A model generated the notes under the pieces. That model was not told the DNA's origin. It saw nothing but the letters and a program-made list of their open reading frames with translations, and ran no database searches. DNA of 63,691 bases, the filler included, from an uncultured bacterium (lineage in GTDB: Bacteria; CAYUVA01): assembly GCA_964448115.1 (NCBI GenBank). It is 6 parts of 4 records of this genome, joined end to end, with 100 filler letters (N's around TTAATTAATTAA, not from the genome) between each part and the next. Parts side by side here need not be neighbours in the genome. Positions count along the whole stretch, not along the records: positions 59,737 to 63,691 come from CAYUVA010000081.1; 5 more parts are not named here. One strand, 5' to 3'. A program made the translations under genes and the position numbers. The first letter of the stretch is position 1, and every line of letters starts with the position of its first letter. This document shows, in pieces, positions 62,454 to 63,691 of the stretch.

Positions 62454-63347
62454 ATGAGTAATACAGAAGAAATCCCTGGCTTAAGCTCGGATGCTTCAGA
62501 TCCCTTCAAGGTCGAAGCGAAGAACCAGCTAGTGCAGAACCTGGTCTTCTTCTCTGGTCTTATCTTCGCCATCAAGCTGTTCAACCCTGGATTGCTCATC
62601 CTTGTAATCCTCGGTTACCTGGCGCTAAGCTATGTCAGCATCTTCACCCGCATCATCAACTTCCATATAGTCGGCGGTGTTGTCCTTGATCGCAGCCGTT
62701 GGGTAGAGGGGTTTGTTGGCAGCTCGCTTCACCGGGCAGGCTTAGCTATCTATTTGATTTTATTGACCATATCGCTAATATTAAATTTCAAGTTCGGCTT
62801 CACGCTGCTGGTTGTGGCGCTGCTCGGACTTGCTTATGATACCTTCTTTCGCTCCAAGGTTATCTTCGATGTGATGGTTTTGTCCATCGAATTCATCTTC
62901 AAGGCTGCTGCTGGTGCGGTGATACTAAATGTAGATGTCTCGCCGTGGCTTATTATATGTGCGTTTCTGATTGCACTGATGATAGCGCTCGGTCAGCGTC
63001 GTAACGAATATATAGCCCAGAGAGAATCAGCCAACAGGCGTCCCATACTGAAGCGCTACACTCCGCAACTGCTTGATCAAATGATAGGTGTGGCAGCAGG
63101 TTCAACACTCATTGCATACTCGCTATATACCATCTCGGCACGAACGGTTGAACACCTAGCTACAACCCACTTGGTATATACCATACCGCTTGTTGTATAT
63201 GGAGTGCTCCGATACCTGTACCTTGTTTATACCAAGGATATCTCGGAGGGCATGGAGAAGACGCTATTGCGAGACAAGCCAATCCTGCTATGTGGGCTAC
63301 TTTGGATGATTTTCGTAATTGTTATGATATATATTGCACATGATTAG
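62454..63347 (+). CDS. UbiA-family protein related to decaprenyl-phosphate phosphoribosyltransferase
   Basis: ALGQRRNE, RPILKRYT, YSLYT, YGVLRY C-terminal family motifs. Confidence 0.75.
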   Translation: MSNTEEIPGLSSDASDPFKVEAKNQLVQNLVFFSGLIFAIKLFNPGLLILVILGYLALSYVSIFTRIINFHIVGGVVLDRSRWVEGFVGSSLHRAGLAIYLILLTISLILNFKFGFTLLVVALLGLAYDTFFRSKVIFDVMVLSIEFIFKAAAGAVILNVDVSPWLIICAFLIALMIALGQRRNEYIAQRESANRRPILKRYTPQLLDQMIGVAAGSTLIAYSLYTISARTVEHLATTHLVYTIPLVVYGVLRYLYLVYTKDISEGMEKTLLRDKPILLCGLLWMIFVIVMIYIAHD

Positions 63348-63475
63348 TATTTAGACTTTTTATTACTTAACGATAAAGATAACGCAATTACGCAGGTGAT
63401 AATTTTCATGCTCCCGAATAGGTCGGGATCGGTGCTGCTCTTGACATAAGATCTGTTTCGCCAACAGGCACCTCT

Positions 63476-63691
63476 CTGTCATTCCCGCGCAGGCGGGAAG
63501 CCAGTAATCACGGGAAGTGATAGAGTGATAGAGACATATTGAACAACAAAGGCACAAAGAGGAAGTGATACCGTGATAAAGTGATAGAGGAGAGGAAAGA
63601 CCCTCAACCCAGCCCTCTCCTAGCGGAGTCTGTCTAAAAATGTCCAAGAAGTCCCATACCCTGTCATTCCGAGCGAGTGAAGCTCTGGCGA
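63476..63691. repeat. Cluster of extragenic palindromic repeats and start of a second MITE-like copy
   Basis: TGTCATTCCCGCGCAGGCGGGAAGCCAG; CAAAGGCACAAAG; GTGATACCGTGATA; GAGTCTGTCTAAAAAT..CCTGTCATTCCGAGCGAG. Confidence 0.7.

Noticed and set aside
63363-63647. 94-aa minus-strand ORF
   Set aside because: Runs through extragenic repeats (LPACAGMT is a typical repeat translation)

Overview
Bacterial draft-genome window made of six contigs joined by artificial 100-nt linkers (N44-TTAATTAATTAA-N44 at 15921-16020, 24371-24470, 39221-39320, 43273-43372, 59637-59736), so adjacency across gaps is not evidence of linkage. Content: signalling genes (two sigma-54 activators, three histidine kinases, two Ser/Thr kinases, one fused to a degenerate Hsp70), housekeeping genes (acyl-CoA dehydrogenase, trkAH, mtaB, pilT, def, ctpA, mntP, biotin carboxylase and carrier), envelope/glycosylation genes, and a type I-E CRISPR-Cas locus (cas3 cut by a gap) with a 143-repeat/142-spacer array. 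Best leads: (1) an unannotated sigma-54-driven structured RNA with repeated CCUCCA loops downstream of an NtrC-family activator; (2) CRISPR spacer families that repeatedly hit the ribosome-binding site/start codon of two homologous invader genes, plus overlapping spacers that suggest the PAM; (3) an unrecognised ~100-aa C-terminal domain shared by two unrelated secreted Pro/Thr-linker proteins; (4) an Hsp70-kinase fusion and a giant hybrid kinase with an internal solute-binding-like domain. All calls were made by eye; no database searches were run.
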